DNA from: Salisapilia sapeloensis CBS 127946 | Lineage: Eukaryota; Protista; Oomycota | Assembly: GCA_023334545.1 (NCBI GenBank) | Contig: JAADVB010000025.1 | Span: forward strand, 1 to 64,000 | Reading direction: 5' to 3' | DNA: 64,000 nt | In this document: positions 1 to 10,791 of the stretch, piece by piece | How positions within the stretch are numbered: the first letter of the stretch is position 1 | Layout of the letters: the number at the start of each line of letters is the position of its first letter | Notes under the pieces: generated by a model | Databases searched by the model: none | Seen by the model: the letters and a program-made list of their open reading frames with translations, nothing else | What the model was told of the DNA's origin: nothing | Translations under genes and position numbers: made by a program

Positions 1-581
1 CGATAGACTGTCTGTGCTATCTAGCTTTCGTTGGTAAAGCTGGAGTAAATTTTGTATCTGTAGCACCATGATGAATACGCTGAAGCAAAAACCTTTAGGT
101 TGCTCTGCAAGTGTAACGCCTATGGCGTCGGAGTCGGTGCTATATTTGTTTTAATTCTTTGTCTGTTTTTGTCATTTGAATAAAATCCGTAAGCACTATC
201 TTCAATGCGATTTAATTGTTGTTCGCTTGGAATCTCACATGAGTGCAGAGTTGTTTGCTAACTTGAGCAGTTATTGCTGTACATATGTCCAAAAAGTGAG
301 TATTGGATTGCAAAGGACGAAGTGGGTTTTGTTTTGGTAGCTAGTTTCCGTGTAGTTTGTAGAACAATTGGTGATATCTACATTTTTGAACGATTGACCC
401 TAAAATAGCGGCCGCAGTCGCGCGACCTTTTTTCACTATATACTTTAACCTGTTCATATATTTCGATGTATCTTTACGCGGTGCTGTACAAATGTACCCT
501 TGGCTTTGTCTACTTCCTAGTAGCGTTCGTATTTAGTAGTTTACATGCGACTCTGGCATCTCCACTGTGCTCCATTAGCTT

Positions 582-1047
582 TTGGTTCGAGTCTGTACAA
601 TAGAGGTTACTTTCGAACTTCCTGACGCTTGGATAGAAATGTATCAGTCGAAGATAGCAGTGCGCTTTCGTATATGTTTATCCGAAATACTTTTGAAGAA
701 AGACCGAAGTCCGCAAGTTCGCCTTTGGAGATTCAGTGCTACATTCGACGCTTCTTTGAGGCTTACATTGCTGGGATATGTACATACTGCAACGTAACGT
801 TATTATCACAAATGGCTAAAATTGTATTGTACGCGTGCATTGCACGACAACGAGGCAAAGTGCCTACCATGTAATCTTTACGACGAGTCGTATATGATTA
901 TGGAAAAGGTGGGAGCCAGAGTGTCATATGGTCACTAGTTATCGTTTCCATCTAAGGCACAACTAATGCTTCCTTCCTCGGCAGCAGCTTGACTTTCGTC
1001 TATACGTTGCTGTTCTACTACGAAAGAGATTCAAGAGAACGACTTGA
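582..1047 (+). CDS. Possible small multi-exon gene of unknown function
   Basis: ORF 582-797 plus a plausible last exon after a branch/pyrimidine tract and CAG acceptor near 987 (QLDFRLYVAVLLRKRFKRTT, TGA 1045-1047). No recognisable motif. Confidence 0.25.
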
Positions 1048-1126
1048 AAGTGAAGGTGAGATGAGACGATGTACATGTTGACATCAATGCAAATTCGTTT
1101 TTGTAGTTACTGCGGGGATCTAGTAA

Positions 1127-1833
1127 TTACGATGCCTTTTCCATGAGGTGGATGGGCTTGAGAATGCTGAGTTTGTTGGCCTCGACGATGTATCCGTTCA
1201 TGATCATTTCGTCCAGAATGAAATGCGCCTTTTCGAGGTTGAACATGATCTGTAGGTGTGTTAATGGGCATCTATAAGAAGGAAGGTTGCATAGATAGTG
1301 ACTTACGTCGAGCTCACACTGCAGATTAAGGTTTTGTGTCGTATCGCCGATACGCATTCAACACATTGATTAAAATCTTTTCTGATAAACCTGACAAATG
1401 ATACGTACCACACTCTCAAAGTACTTGTCCATCGTCTCCACAAGAGCGTGGATGAACTCCAACACGCCAAGCTCATTCTGCGACTCAGGAAAGAATGTGA
1501 GATGCATTGTCATGGTTTGGATCGGTACAATTGCAGCGTACCTCGTCGTCATCTGCGTTCACGCCGACGATGAAGAAGAGAGAGGCGTAGCGACGGTAGA
1601 TGACCTTGTACTGTCGGTATTCTACAAAGGAGCACTAGGTACACACAGATAAGGAGGGAGGAGAGTATGAGTAGGCTGCGACACGAAGCACCGACCTGGT
1701 TTTCTGTCCGGCTGAGGCATTTACGGATGATCTCTGACTCTAGCGCCACGCGTTCCTGGATGGAGAGGAAGTCATAGTACTGGGCTAGTCGCGTCTGGCC
1801 CTGCTTGTTCACCATCAGCACGAACTTGATCAT
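1127..1833 (-). CDS. AP4S1: AP-4 adaptor complex sigma subunit, 5 exons, 144 aa
   Basis: Exons 1833-1696, 1634-1542, 1477-1409, 1318-1307 and 1249-1127, all GT-AG, join in frame: [20 protein letters not shown]...[25 protein letters not shown]...[46 protein letters not shown], the clathrin adaptor small-chain signature. Confidence 0.93.
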
Positions 1834-1971
1834 CTTGCCCTCTAGCTCGCTCCTTGCCAATTTGTTTGTTGTCGCGCAGCAGCATACAAAAACATTATCA
1901 AAAGTATACCGTATGTCACAGAGTTTTCCACGCAAACAGCAGAAATGAATCACTAGACGCAAAATACTCTC

Positions 1972-3452
1972 TTACGGACGGATTACCAGCTCTTCTTCTA
2001 GGCGTTCGACCACTGGCATCTCCGGCGCAAAGCTTTGTCTCGACATCAGCTTGTTTCGCTGAAGTGGTACTCGAGATAGACTGCGTCGGAGCATCTCATC
2101 CTCTCGAGCAGACCGAGTGTGTAGTTTCCACGTCGGATCGACTGCTGATTGAAGTTGAGGCATCGTCGGCAAGACAGGGGTGCTGACGCTACCACTCAGT
2201 CTTCTGCGAGGTTTCGTGGATGGAGCAAATGGAGGCACTCCGGTGGATCGCAATCGGGCTATCACCATTGGGCCACTGTACTGTTCCGGAAGCACTGGGA
2301 TGGTATCGCACGTGACCTCGTCCGAGTAGCTCCGATCGTGTGGTGCAGTTTGTATTGCTCTTTCGAAGGAGGATGCAAACACCGAAACGTACTCGCCAAA
2401 ACCTGATCCATCTGTGCTTTCTCCATCGTGTCCGTCTTCTCTGTCACCTACGAACAAATAGCTAGAAAGGTATCCGCAATGAGCTGTTGACGAAATGATT
2501 ACCAAAGGGGTGGTAGGATGTCGACAATACCGCCGACCGAAAGTCAAACCGGCGTGAATCATACTCGTCGTTGCTTGCAGTCAAGCTTCTTCCTGGGATG
2601 AACTCGCGACTCGAAGATCGACTTCTGGCTTTACCAGAGCCTTGTGAGTTTGGGTGAAACACCATGGGTTTTACATCTCGAATTGCCTTCGACCGGCGCT
2701 TTATAAGCTGTAGTCGTTTGTTTTTGGACTGGTAGTACCGATCAATCATGCCGAACGTCTCGTCAAAGAACTTAACGTAGTCCACCAGACGATCAGTTGG
2801 TGTCATCTAGGACAACGTACTGTCAAGGATAGACAGAAGGCAAGGTGGGAGAATGACCTACCAAGTGACCGAGGATAAAGAGTAACCGACTTAGCTCTCG
2901 ATGCGTCAGGGGTGCTTCTTTCGGACTCCACTTGGTCCATGGCGATCGCAGTATCATCGAGACTGAGTTCTTGTGGATATTCTCGGACTTGGCCTCTACG
3001 AGCACGATGGCAAGGTCCGTGTATATACTGCGGAGCTGTTTCCAGTTCACGATTGAGCGATTTTATAGCTTACACAGACAATAGTTTATACCTGTTCTTG
3101 GTTTATACTCTCCTTATCCGTCGCATACATCTCCCACCTAGAGCATCTTTGAGCCACGTTGCTATTACATAGCAGTAGGAAGTCCGTACCATCGGTTTAG
3201 ACACTTTTCAATGGTCGGTAGCTGCGTCATAAAGGTGATATCCAGGACCGTATCGTCGATATATCTCTGCAGGTCATCAACATTCAGCGACTTGGCATAT
3301 GGACTCTTGACATTCTTAACGTTCGCATCGTACTCGGACTGTGTGATCAGATCCGACCGCTTGGCTTGCGACCTCTTCCACTCGTCGACATTCCTAAGCG
3401 AACTAACAAAGTACGGCATGGTTTCTCGCATCGAATACACGAGTCGCTGCAT
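1972..3452 (-). CDS. Hypothetical protein, about 5 exons
   Basis: ORF pieces 3165-3452, 2823-3050, 2462-2806 and 1972-2562 can be joined through GT-AG sites in compatible phases, with a short exon WEMYATDKESINQEQ near 3090-3140. No family motif recognised. Confidence 0.55.
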
Positions 3453-3540
3453 TATCTACTTGATAACTTTCTAACTAGTCTGCTGTTTGCCGACCAAGCT
3501 ATTTTCGACGTGAGCAAATACCTATCAAACACTGCCTAGT

Positions 3541-6500
3541 CTAGTTCCAGCCTCTTCGGCCGCCCCTCCCTCGTTTCCTCCCGCCTCTTCGACTCGATCG
3601 ATCCGGCGGTGGCGGCATGCCGGGGTGAAAGGGAGATCCTGGTGGAGGGCTCCACCGTGGTCCGTCTATCGGAGGCGGCGCCCCACGCGGAGGACCGAGG
3701 TACATGGGCGGTCGCGGGTGGTCTTGCGTGGGTCGATGCGAATGATTCGACCATGCCGGCGGTCTCCTTTCGGTGCTTCCCGGCGGCTGGTCCGTTCGCT
3801 CTAGCTGGAGTAGATTACACGTCGGGTTCTGGACATGCACCATGCACTTGTGACTATATGCGTGCGTGAGGAGAGCAGCCCATGGCTTGGACGACCGGAG
3901 CGTCTGCTCGCTGCCAATGACATAGCACGCGAACTTGGCTCTCGTGAGCGCAACGTTCATTCGTCGTGTGTCATTGAGGAATCCGACTCCCTTCTTGGGA
4001 TCCGCTCGCACGGTCGAGAGGATGATGATGTCCTTCTCTCGTCCTTGGAAGCCGTCAACCGTATTGATCTCGACCTCCTGCTGGAAGTGCGGTCCGAGGG
4101 CACTTCGGAAGCGTTTCTTGAGCTCATCTAGCTGCTGGCTATACGGCGTGATCATGCCGACCTTGCCTGCGACCGTGTCGGGTGGACAAGAGTTGCGTAG
4201 CGTCAGGTATAGATTGACCGAGAGCTCTGCTTCTCCGACATTGAGTCTCGAGACCGAGTGCGCCGAGCTCTCTCGACTGGATCTCAAGTTCCAGAAGACG
4301 AGCGGACCCAAGCCATGACCAAGATGGTGGTAGGGTTTATCATAAGTAGCTTTCAAGACGTTTTCGCCGTCGTCGAGCTTGCCTTCGTAGAAAAAGTGTC
4401 GCGGGAAGGCCGAGATGGACGGATGGCTTCGGTACTGCGTCCGGAGCATGTGCACGGGGTGTCCACACGTCTCGAGTCGTTCAAAGAGACTCCGTTCGTA
4501 GAGCGACTGGGCGCTCGTGCGAGAGAAGACGGTGGCAGGGAGCTGCTGTGGGTCGCCTACGAGTACGCACTGCCGACTGCCGAACTTCATGGGGATGATG
4601 CTGCTCAGTTCGACAGCCTGCGCGGCTTCGTCTACGACCAGGACCTCGTATCTGGCACTCGCGTCCAGCGCATTGACACCTGCGCTACTGAGTGTGGTGA
4701 AGACGATGTGCGCTTTGTCTAGAATGGAGACTTCGAGGGACTGCCGAGCGCTCTGGGAGGACTTGCCACTAGGAAGCACTGCCTGTCGGGCGAACTCATA
4801 TCGCTGGAGCTCGAGTTTGATCTCCGACAGCTTCTCGAGACAAAAGTTGATCTGCTGGGCGATGACCTGGTACTGTTCGTATCGACTGTAGTCGATCGAG
4901 TCAGGAGAGTGGACGACGTTGACTTTGGGGGAGGACGGCGGGAGGTCTTCGTCTGGGGGTGGAGGTGGAGTGCTGGGCGGAGGTGGAGGGTCGTCTTGTC
5001 GTGGTCTCGGAGGCGTGGGAGGCGGAGGAGGGGGAGTTGAGACTTTGGATTGATTTGGTAGAGGTTCGTCCTCTTCAGAGTCCTCCATCGAGTCATTCGT
5101 GCTGTTGGTGGCAGACGGAACGATGGGCAGAGGTTCGTCTTCCTCTGAATTGCTGTCTCCGAGTAGAGCGCTGTAGGCTTCGTTCGTAGCCGCAGCGCCA
5201 AACGTCATGACGGTGCTGTCGTGCATACCACCAATAGGAAACTCTTCATCTTCATCTTCTTCCTCTTGCATCGGTTTCGGTGTCTCCTCTTGCGTAGGCT
5301 CCTGCTTCTCTAGCTCTTGTGCAGGCTCCTCTGCCTTAGTCTGCTCCCTCTGCGCTTCCCACGCCGCATCCGGATCTGCGTCGATCCAGTGGACCACCGA
5401 CCGGAGTCTGTTCCGGAGCATCAGCGAGTCGTACTCGACCTTTTGCAGCTCGAAGCGTAGCTGATGGATGCGCTGCTCTAGAGCTTCCAAAGGCTGGCTG
5501 CATATCTGATCCACCATGTCATCCAGTCCGACGCTCCGGACGGTGGGACTCATGCCCCTTCCGACACGTACGATCTGAGGAAAGTACTGTCGTCCAGCTC
5601 CGTCGCAAAAGCCTTCCTCGATCACTTTACTCACGATGTTGTCCACGGCAGCATTCGAAGGCGCTGTCACCAATATGTGCGGCTTCTCGTTCCCGATCCT
5701 AGCCCACGCCTTGCTCGTTTCATTGTCCGGACGCCTGGCCACGTCCAAGACAGCGTTATAGTACCGGTTGTACTCTCGCAGGTGGAGAGAGTTGAGCAGA
5801 CCTTTTAACGTCGTCGTCTTACCCGTCCCGGGCGGCCCCTTGATGAGCGTAAAGCCGTCTGACGTGGCAGCGGCCGTGATGGCTTCGAGCTGCGATTCGT
5901 TAAACGAGCGCGTGAGCCACTTGACGTATTCGACGCCGAGCGTATCGAGTCGCATGCTCCCCGACACGTGCTCTCCAGAGAGAAGGAGAGGGAGGAGAGG
6001 ATAGTTTTTACAGTCGCAGAGCGCCCGGAACTCTCGGACGCTCGTGACGAGGTTATCAAGTTTGAACAAGTACAAGTCGCTAGTGGTATCTATCTGCTGC
6101 CACACAGTGTCCATGACGATGGCTGTCAGTCCCTCCCTCGACATTTTCTGTGATGTGGTGATCGCTAGGGCTCCAGCAGGTCTCGTAGGTTCCAAACCTT
6201 CCTCTGCACTCTTGTCTCGACCAAGAGAGCCGTTGTAAAAGGACTCGAGGTAGTGTCGGTCGGGCGTGATGAGCACCAGGTCGTTGCTAAAGATAGAGTC
6301 CAGTCGGTCGCTCGAGCGGCGTCCTGGACGCTTGTAGCTGCTATCCTTGGGACTATCCAGCCTGATCTTGGCTGTGCGGGACTTGTAGCTATGGCTTAGG
6401 AGCTGTGCTGTTATCGGGATGGCTGGCGGATGATCCGTCGAGACCGAGTTAATCGTCTGCGCCTGCACCTCTTGTAGAGCCAGAGGCTCCCACACTGAGT

Positions 6501-7187
6501 AGTAGTGGTCGTAGGACTGGAACTGACTAGGCACTTGACTGATCTCGTTCGCGTCGTCCGAGGTGGAAGAAGTCTTGTTGCACTCCTTCTCGAGAGAAGC
6601 GTAAAAGTCCCAGCTCAGGACGTTCTCAAAGAACCTGTCGATCGTATGACTAGGAGCTGAAACACTCACCACTGGACCACTGGCGCTAGGTTTAGACACA
6701 CTCGACCCTCCCTGTCGCTCACCTACAAACCTCTAAGTATCACTCGAACATGCATCTACCACTTGTCTCTACCTGGGTGCTTCATCGGTCGTCGATGTGG
6801 CTCTAAAGTCGACTTTTTCAGTTGGTTCACGACCTTGTCCTCTGCCTTGTCTACTCTAGTGTCCTGCTCATTCTTGTCGTCATGAGAGTGCTTGGTCGTT
6901 TTAGAAGTAGAGACACTCGTGCGTGGCGTCTTGTGCTTTCGCTCCAGCACCTCTCGAGCCTGCTGCTGCTTCCGTTTGAGCGCCGGCGTCTGTCTCGCCT
7001 GCGCCAGCTGCGCTACCTCGTCTTCGTCGATGACAGCGATCGGACGCCGCTTTCTCGTAGCAGCAGACCGAGCGCCGAGACGACTCGTGCGACTGGACTG
7101 TCCGTCGTCCGAGTCGCTGTCATCTGACTCGACCTCGTGCTTGTCTCCACTGTCCGGCGTCCACTCTTCCTCGTCTTCGTCGGCTTC
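3541..7187 (-). CDS. SETX: Sen1/senataxin-like SF1B (UPF1-like) RNA/DNA helicase; 5' end may extend to about 7422
   Basis: Walker A LIKGPPGTGKTTT, ILVTAPSNAAVDNI, VVDEAAQ, LVGDPQQLPAT, LRTQYRSHP, TVDGFQGREKD, RRMNVALTRAK. An upstream exon 7187-6773 splices in frame through a 50-nt intron (6772-6723). The start codon is unresolved. Confidence 0.9.
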
Positions 7188-7569
7188 CTACGTGGATGAC
7201 AGAGGCGTATTTAGTCATTGCACTAGCAGCAGATACAGCAGTCGCCAGCAACGAGATCGACTCGGACGTTATGCGATCGCCCGATGCAATCCTCCTTGGA
7301 CTAGTACTATGCATCTAGATGATACTAACTACCTTTCGCAGCCTTGCTTGCTGAGCTCGTATCAATGCAGCCATCCGCGGAGTCTCCTTGGCCTTTTGGT
7401 CGAGCCGAGTCGATCGACGCATCCTCCCAATTGTCTCGTCTTTCGCTTCCAGGGCTTTCGACGGTAGAGACTTTGGATGCAATTGGGATGAGACACTCGT
7501 GGCGAGTCTGGCGTGTCCTCTTCGTCGTCCGTCCGACGTCCGCTTGCGCACCAGGGAGCTAAAGACCAA

Positions 7570-8720
7570 ATGAGCTCTCGATGGCTGTCGAGCGAGAGTT
7601 TTGTGGAATGGAGACAATTAATCGATCGCGAGACTTGGACGAGCATGAGACTCTCGTCGACATGTACCCACCACGTATTTCGAAATCTACATGTGCATGT
7701 CAAAAGAGACGATGAGCTGTACCTTGCTGGAAACAAGGTACAATAGGCATTTCACATGGGAATTCGGATTGATGAAAAGTGACGAGTACGACTAGATGCG
7801 AAAGTTAGGTGGACTGCTACAGCAGGACGATACCTTCTACCAAGGTACGCTCATCTCCATTGGCATCATCTGGACTTTGGGATGCAACACTGCACGTAGA
7901 TAAACACATTGTCAGCTACGGTGGAACGCAGAGCAATGCGATGCTGGCGATTGCCCAGTTGGCACAGATCAAGAAGACGCCCTTCACATACTTTTCCCGA
8001 GCGCTCCATCGACCTGGTCCATCGTCGATGAGACGAGGGAACTTGGACTTGGCGCTAGATGCTGGCATGGACCATGTGGAGCTGAGTGATCAAGAGTATA
8101 GGGACTTGAGTCAATCGCGAGATTTCCACAAGATTAGCGGTAGGTACAGGGCGCTATCAGATAAGACACAGACTCTCTACGTTCCCCAGGGCGGTGCATT
8201 CCCTCAGGCACAAATAGGCGTGCAAGGTCTTGCAGACGAATTGAACGAGTACATTTCAAATCACGGAGGCGGAAACAACTTTGCAGTCGTCCTGCCATCC
8301 GGAACAGGCACCACAGCGCTCTATCTGGCGCAGCACCTAGATGCAGACGTTAAACTGTACACGGTGCCGTGCGTTGGCGATGCTACGTACTTGCATGCGC
8401 AATGGAAGGGTCTAGTAGATCAGGATGTAACATTGATTGAATCGCGGATGAGGACACCAGAGGTGCTCGTACCAAAGGCTAAGAGCACCTTTGGGCGACT
8501 TTCCTGGCCGCTGTATGACATATACCACGAGATACTGGAGGAAGCAAAGCTAGAGATTGATTTATTGTATGGGTGCTTTACGTGGCATACGCTTTTCAAT
8601 GACGAGAGAGCGTTGTCCAGCGTCCTTGAAGCGGGACAGAGAAGTCTGCTGTACATCCACACGGGCGGTCTGTCCGGGAATGCAACGATGCTGGAGCGAT
8701 ATGAACGTAAGGGCCGATAG
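7570..8720 (+). CDS. PLP-dependent D-cysteine desulfhydrase / ACC deaminase family protein, 3 exons
   Basis: Exons 7570-7737, 7796-7844 and 7900-8720 give HVKRDDELYLAGNK-MRKL (PLP lysine motif), SYGGTQSNAMLA, VLPSGTGTTALYL and LLYIHTGGLSGN. Confidence 0.88.
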
Positions 8721-8955
8721 CTAGTCTAGATAAGGTCATTCCACGGTCGATAAAACTGCCGTGGTAATCCTTAGAGCAAGTCAAGACGCATGAAAATGAT
8801 CTCTCTTGGTGTATTTCGATTGAAACCTAGCGTACATCCTCTTACTCTTATTCTCTTCGTATTCTACCTTGTCACGTCGGAAGGTACCTGTGCATCGTCT
8901 AAAGATTGGTGACAAACCGACTTTGTATGCTTGCCAAGTTCTCTCGTAGCTGGCC

Positions 8956-10651
8956 ATGAATTTCTCGCGCAAGAGCCCCAGCACGGCGAGTCCGTCCGAG
9001 AGCGGCGAGTGTCCGATCTGTCATCGCCATTTCCAGGAAGCCAATCTAGCAATGCATGTCGAGTTCTGTCTTCGGCCAGGAGCGAATGTGGGTAAGAAGA
9101 AGAGTGACGCAGCAGCAAGCTTCTTCGCGCCAGCGAAGAGCTCAGTACCGATGGAGTTTCGACCGGCTTCGGGATCTCAGAAGAAAACACCGGCGAAGCG
9201 TACGCTGGAGGCTACTGTCGTGGATGAGACACAAGAGACGGAGGAGAAGCGTCCGAGTCCGAAGCGACAGCGCTCGAACGACGGAGCTGCTATTCCTCTT
9301 GCAGAACGCATGCGACCAACGACATTGGATGACTTGGTAGGCCAGGAAGAGCTTTTGGGTGATGGAAAGCCATTATCTTTTCTTATTCAAAGGGATAAAG
9401 TGCCGAGTATGATTCTCTGGGGGTATGCCTGTCCGTATGCACTTCCAAGTACCTGTATTAACTCGCTGTGTAGACCTCCAGGATGTGGTAAGACGACGCT
9501 GGCGCACGTGATCTCCAAGCGCACTGGCTGTCGATTCATCAGTCTCTCGGGCGCGACGTCCAAGGCTTCGGACATGAAAGACGCAGTGGAGAAAGCACGA
9601 GGCGAGAAGAAGCTTCTAGGTCGACACACGATCGTCTTTGTGGATGAGATTCATCGCTTTAATAAGAATCAGCAGGTACCCCTCTCTTCTACTCGTCGCA
9701 AAGGTCTGGTCGTTAAGTACTGCTCTCTAGGACTTCTTCCTACCAGTCGTGGAAGACGGCACCATCACCTTGATTGGAGCTACGACCGAGAATCCCTCGT
9801 TCGAAGTCAACAACGCTCTGCTGAGTCGATGCAGAGTCTACACTTTACAGCAGCACACGCCGGCGTCCATCCAAAGCATCCTTGAGAGAGCGATCGCGAA
9901 CCCAGAATCGTCCGGATTGACGTCAGGTGCAAAGGATGTGTCCACGATAGAAGCAGAGCCGTCTGCGCTCCAGTACTTGGCCGAGCAGTGCGGTGGTGAT
10001 GCACGCGTGGCGCTCAATTGTCTCGAGATGGCTGTCCAAACATCCAGTCCAGAAGAATCCGACAAGGTCTGCATCAGCCTGGAGCACGTCCAGCGCTGCT
10101 TTGCAAAGCGTCAGACACTTTACTACGATAAGGACGGAGACTATCACTATGACTACATCAGTGCCTTCCACAAGTCCATTCGAGGCAGTGATGCCAATGC
10201 TGCTTTGTACTGGATGGCGAGGATGCTAGAGGGAGGAGAGGAACCTCTTTACGTCGCGAGACGGATGATTCGGATTGCCAGTGAAGACGTTGGATTAGCT
10301 GCACCGGAGATGCTGTCCCATGCAGTCGCAGCGCATCAGGCAGCGCACTTTATCGGCATGCCCGAGTGCGATGTCGTGCTGGCTCAGTGCGCGACGATGC
10401 TGGCTCGAGCGCCCAAGTCGGTCGAGGTGTACAAAGCCTACGGTCGTGTGAAGCAGTCGATAAAGGAATGGACTGGCGGACCCATGCCGCAAGTACCGCT
10501 CCACCTTCGGAACGCTCCGACGAAGCTTATGGAGAGCTTGGACTATGGCAAAGACTACAAGTACAACCCAGACTACACGGAGGAGGAGGTGAAGGACCAG
10601 ACGTACCTCCCAAAAGAGCTCGTAGGCACCGATTTCTTTGCAAAAAAGTAG
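8956..10651 (+). CDS. WRNIP1: WRNIP1/Mgs1/RarA AAA+ ATPase with N-terminal UBZ zinc finger
   Basis: CPICHRHFQEANLAMHVEFC (UBZ). PLAERMRPTTLDDLVGQ. Walker A WGPPGCGKT after removing intron 9423-9473. Walker B FVDEIHRFNK, second intron 9676-9730, LIGATTENPSFEVNNALLSR, MgsA C-terminus ISAFHKSIRGSD...VPLHLRNAPT. Confidence 0.93.
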
Positions 10652-10791
10652 TTAAGAGCATATAGACCCAATGGAAGCTTGGGCATACCACAGTCAAGAA
10701 GGAAATGGAAACAGTACAACGTAGCAGAATCACTGAATTGAGGAATATAAAAGGTTTAAAATGAAATGCAAAATAGTCCAAGTGGGACTCG

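Noticed and set aside
380-435. ATTTTTG Sm-like site followed by the palindrome GTCGCGCGAC and a T run
   Set aside because: No recognisable U1, U2, U4 or U5 conserved sequence nearby; short motifs like these are expected by chance.
575-600. GGTTCGAGTC resembling a tRNA T-loop / B box
   Set aside because: There is no pairing T stem, and no D arm, anticodon arm or acceptor stem can be built around it.
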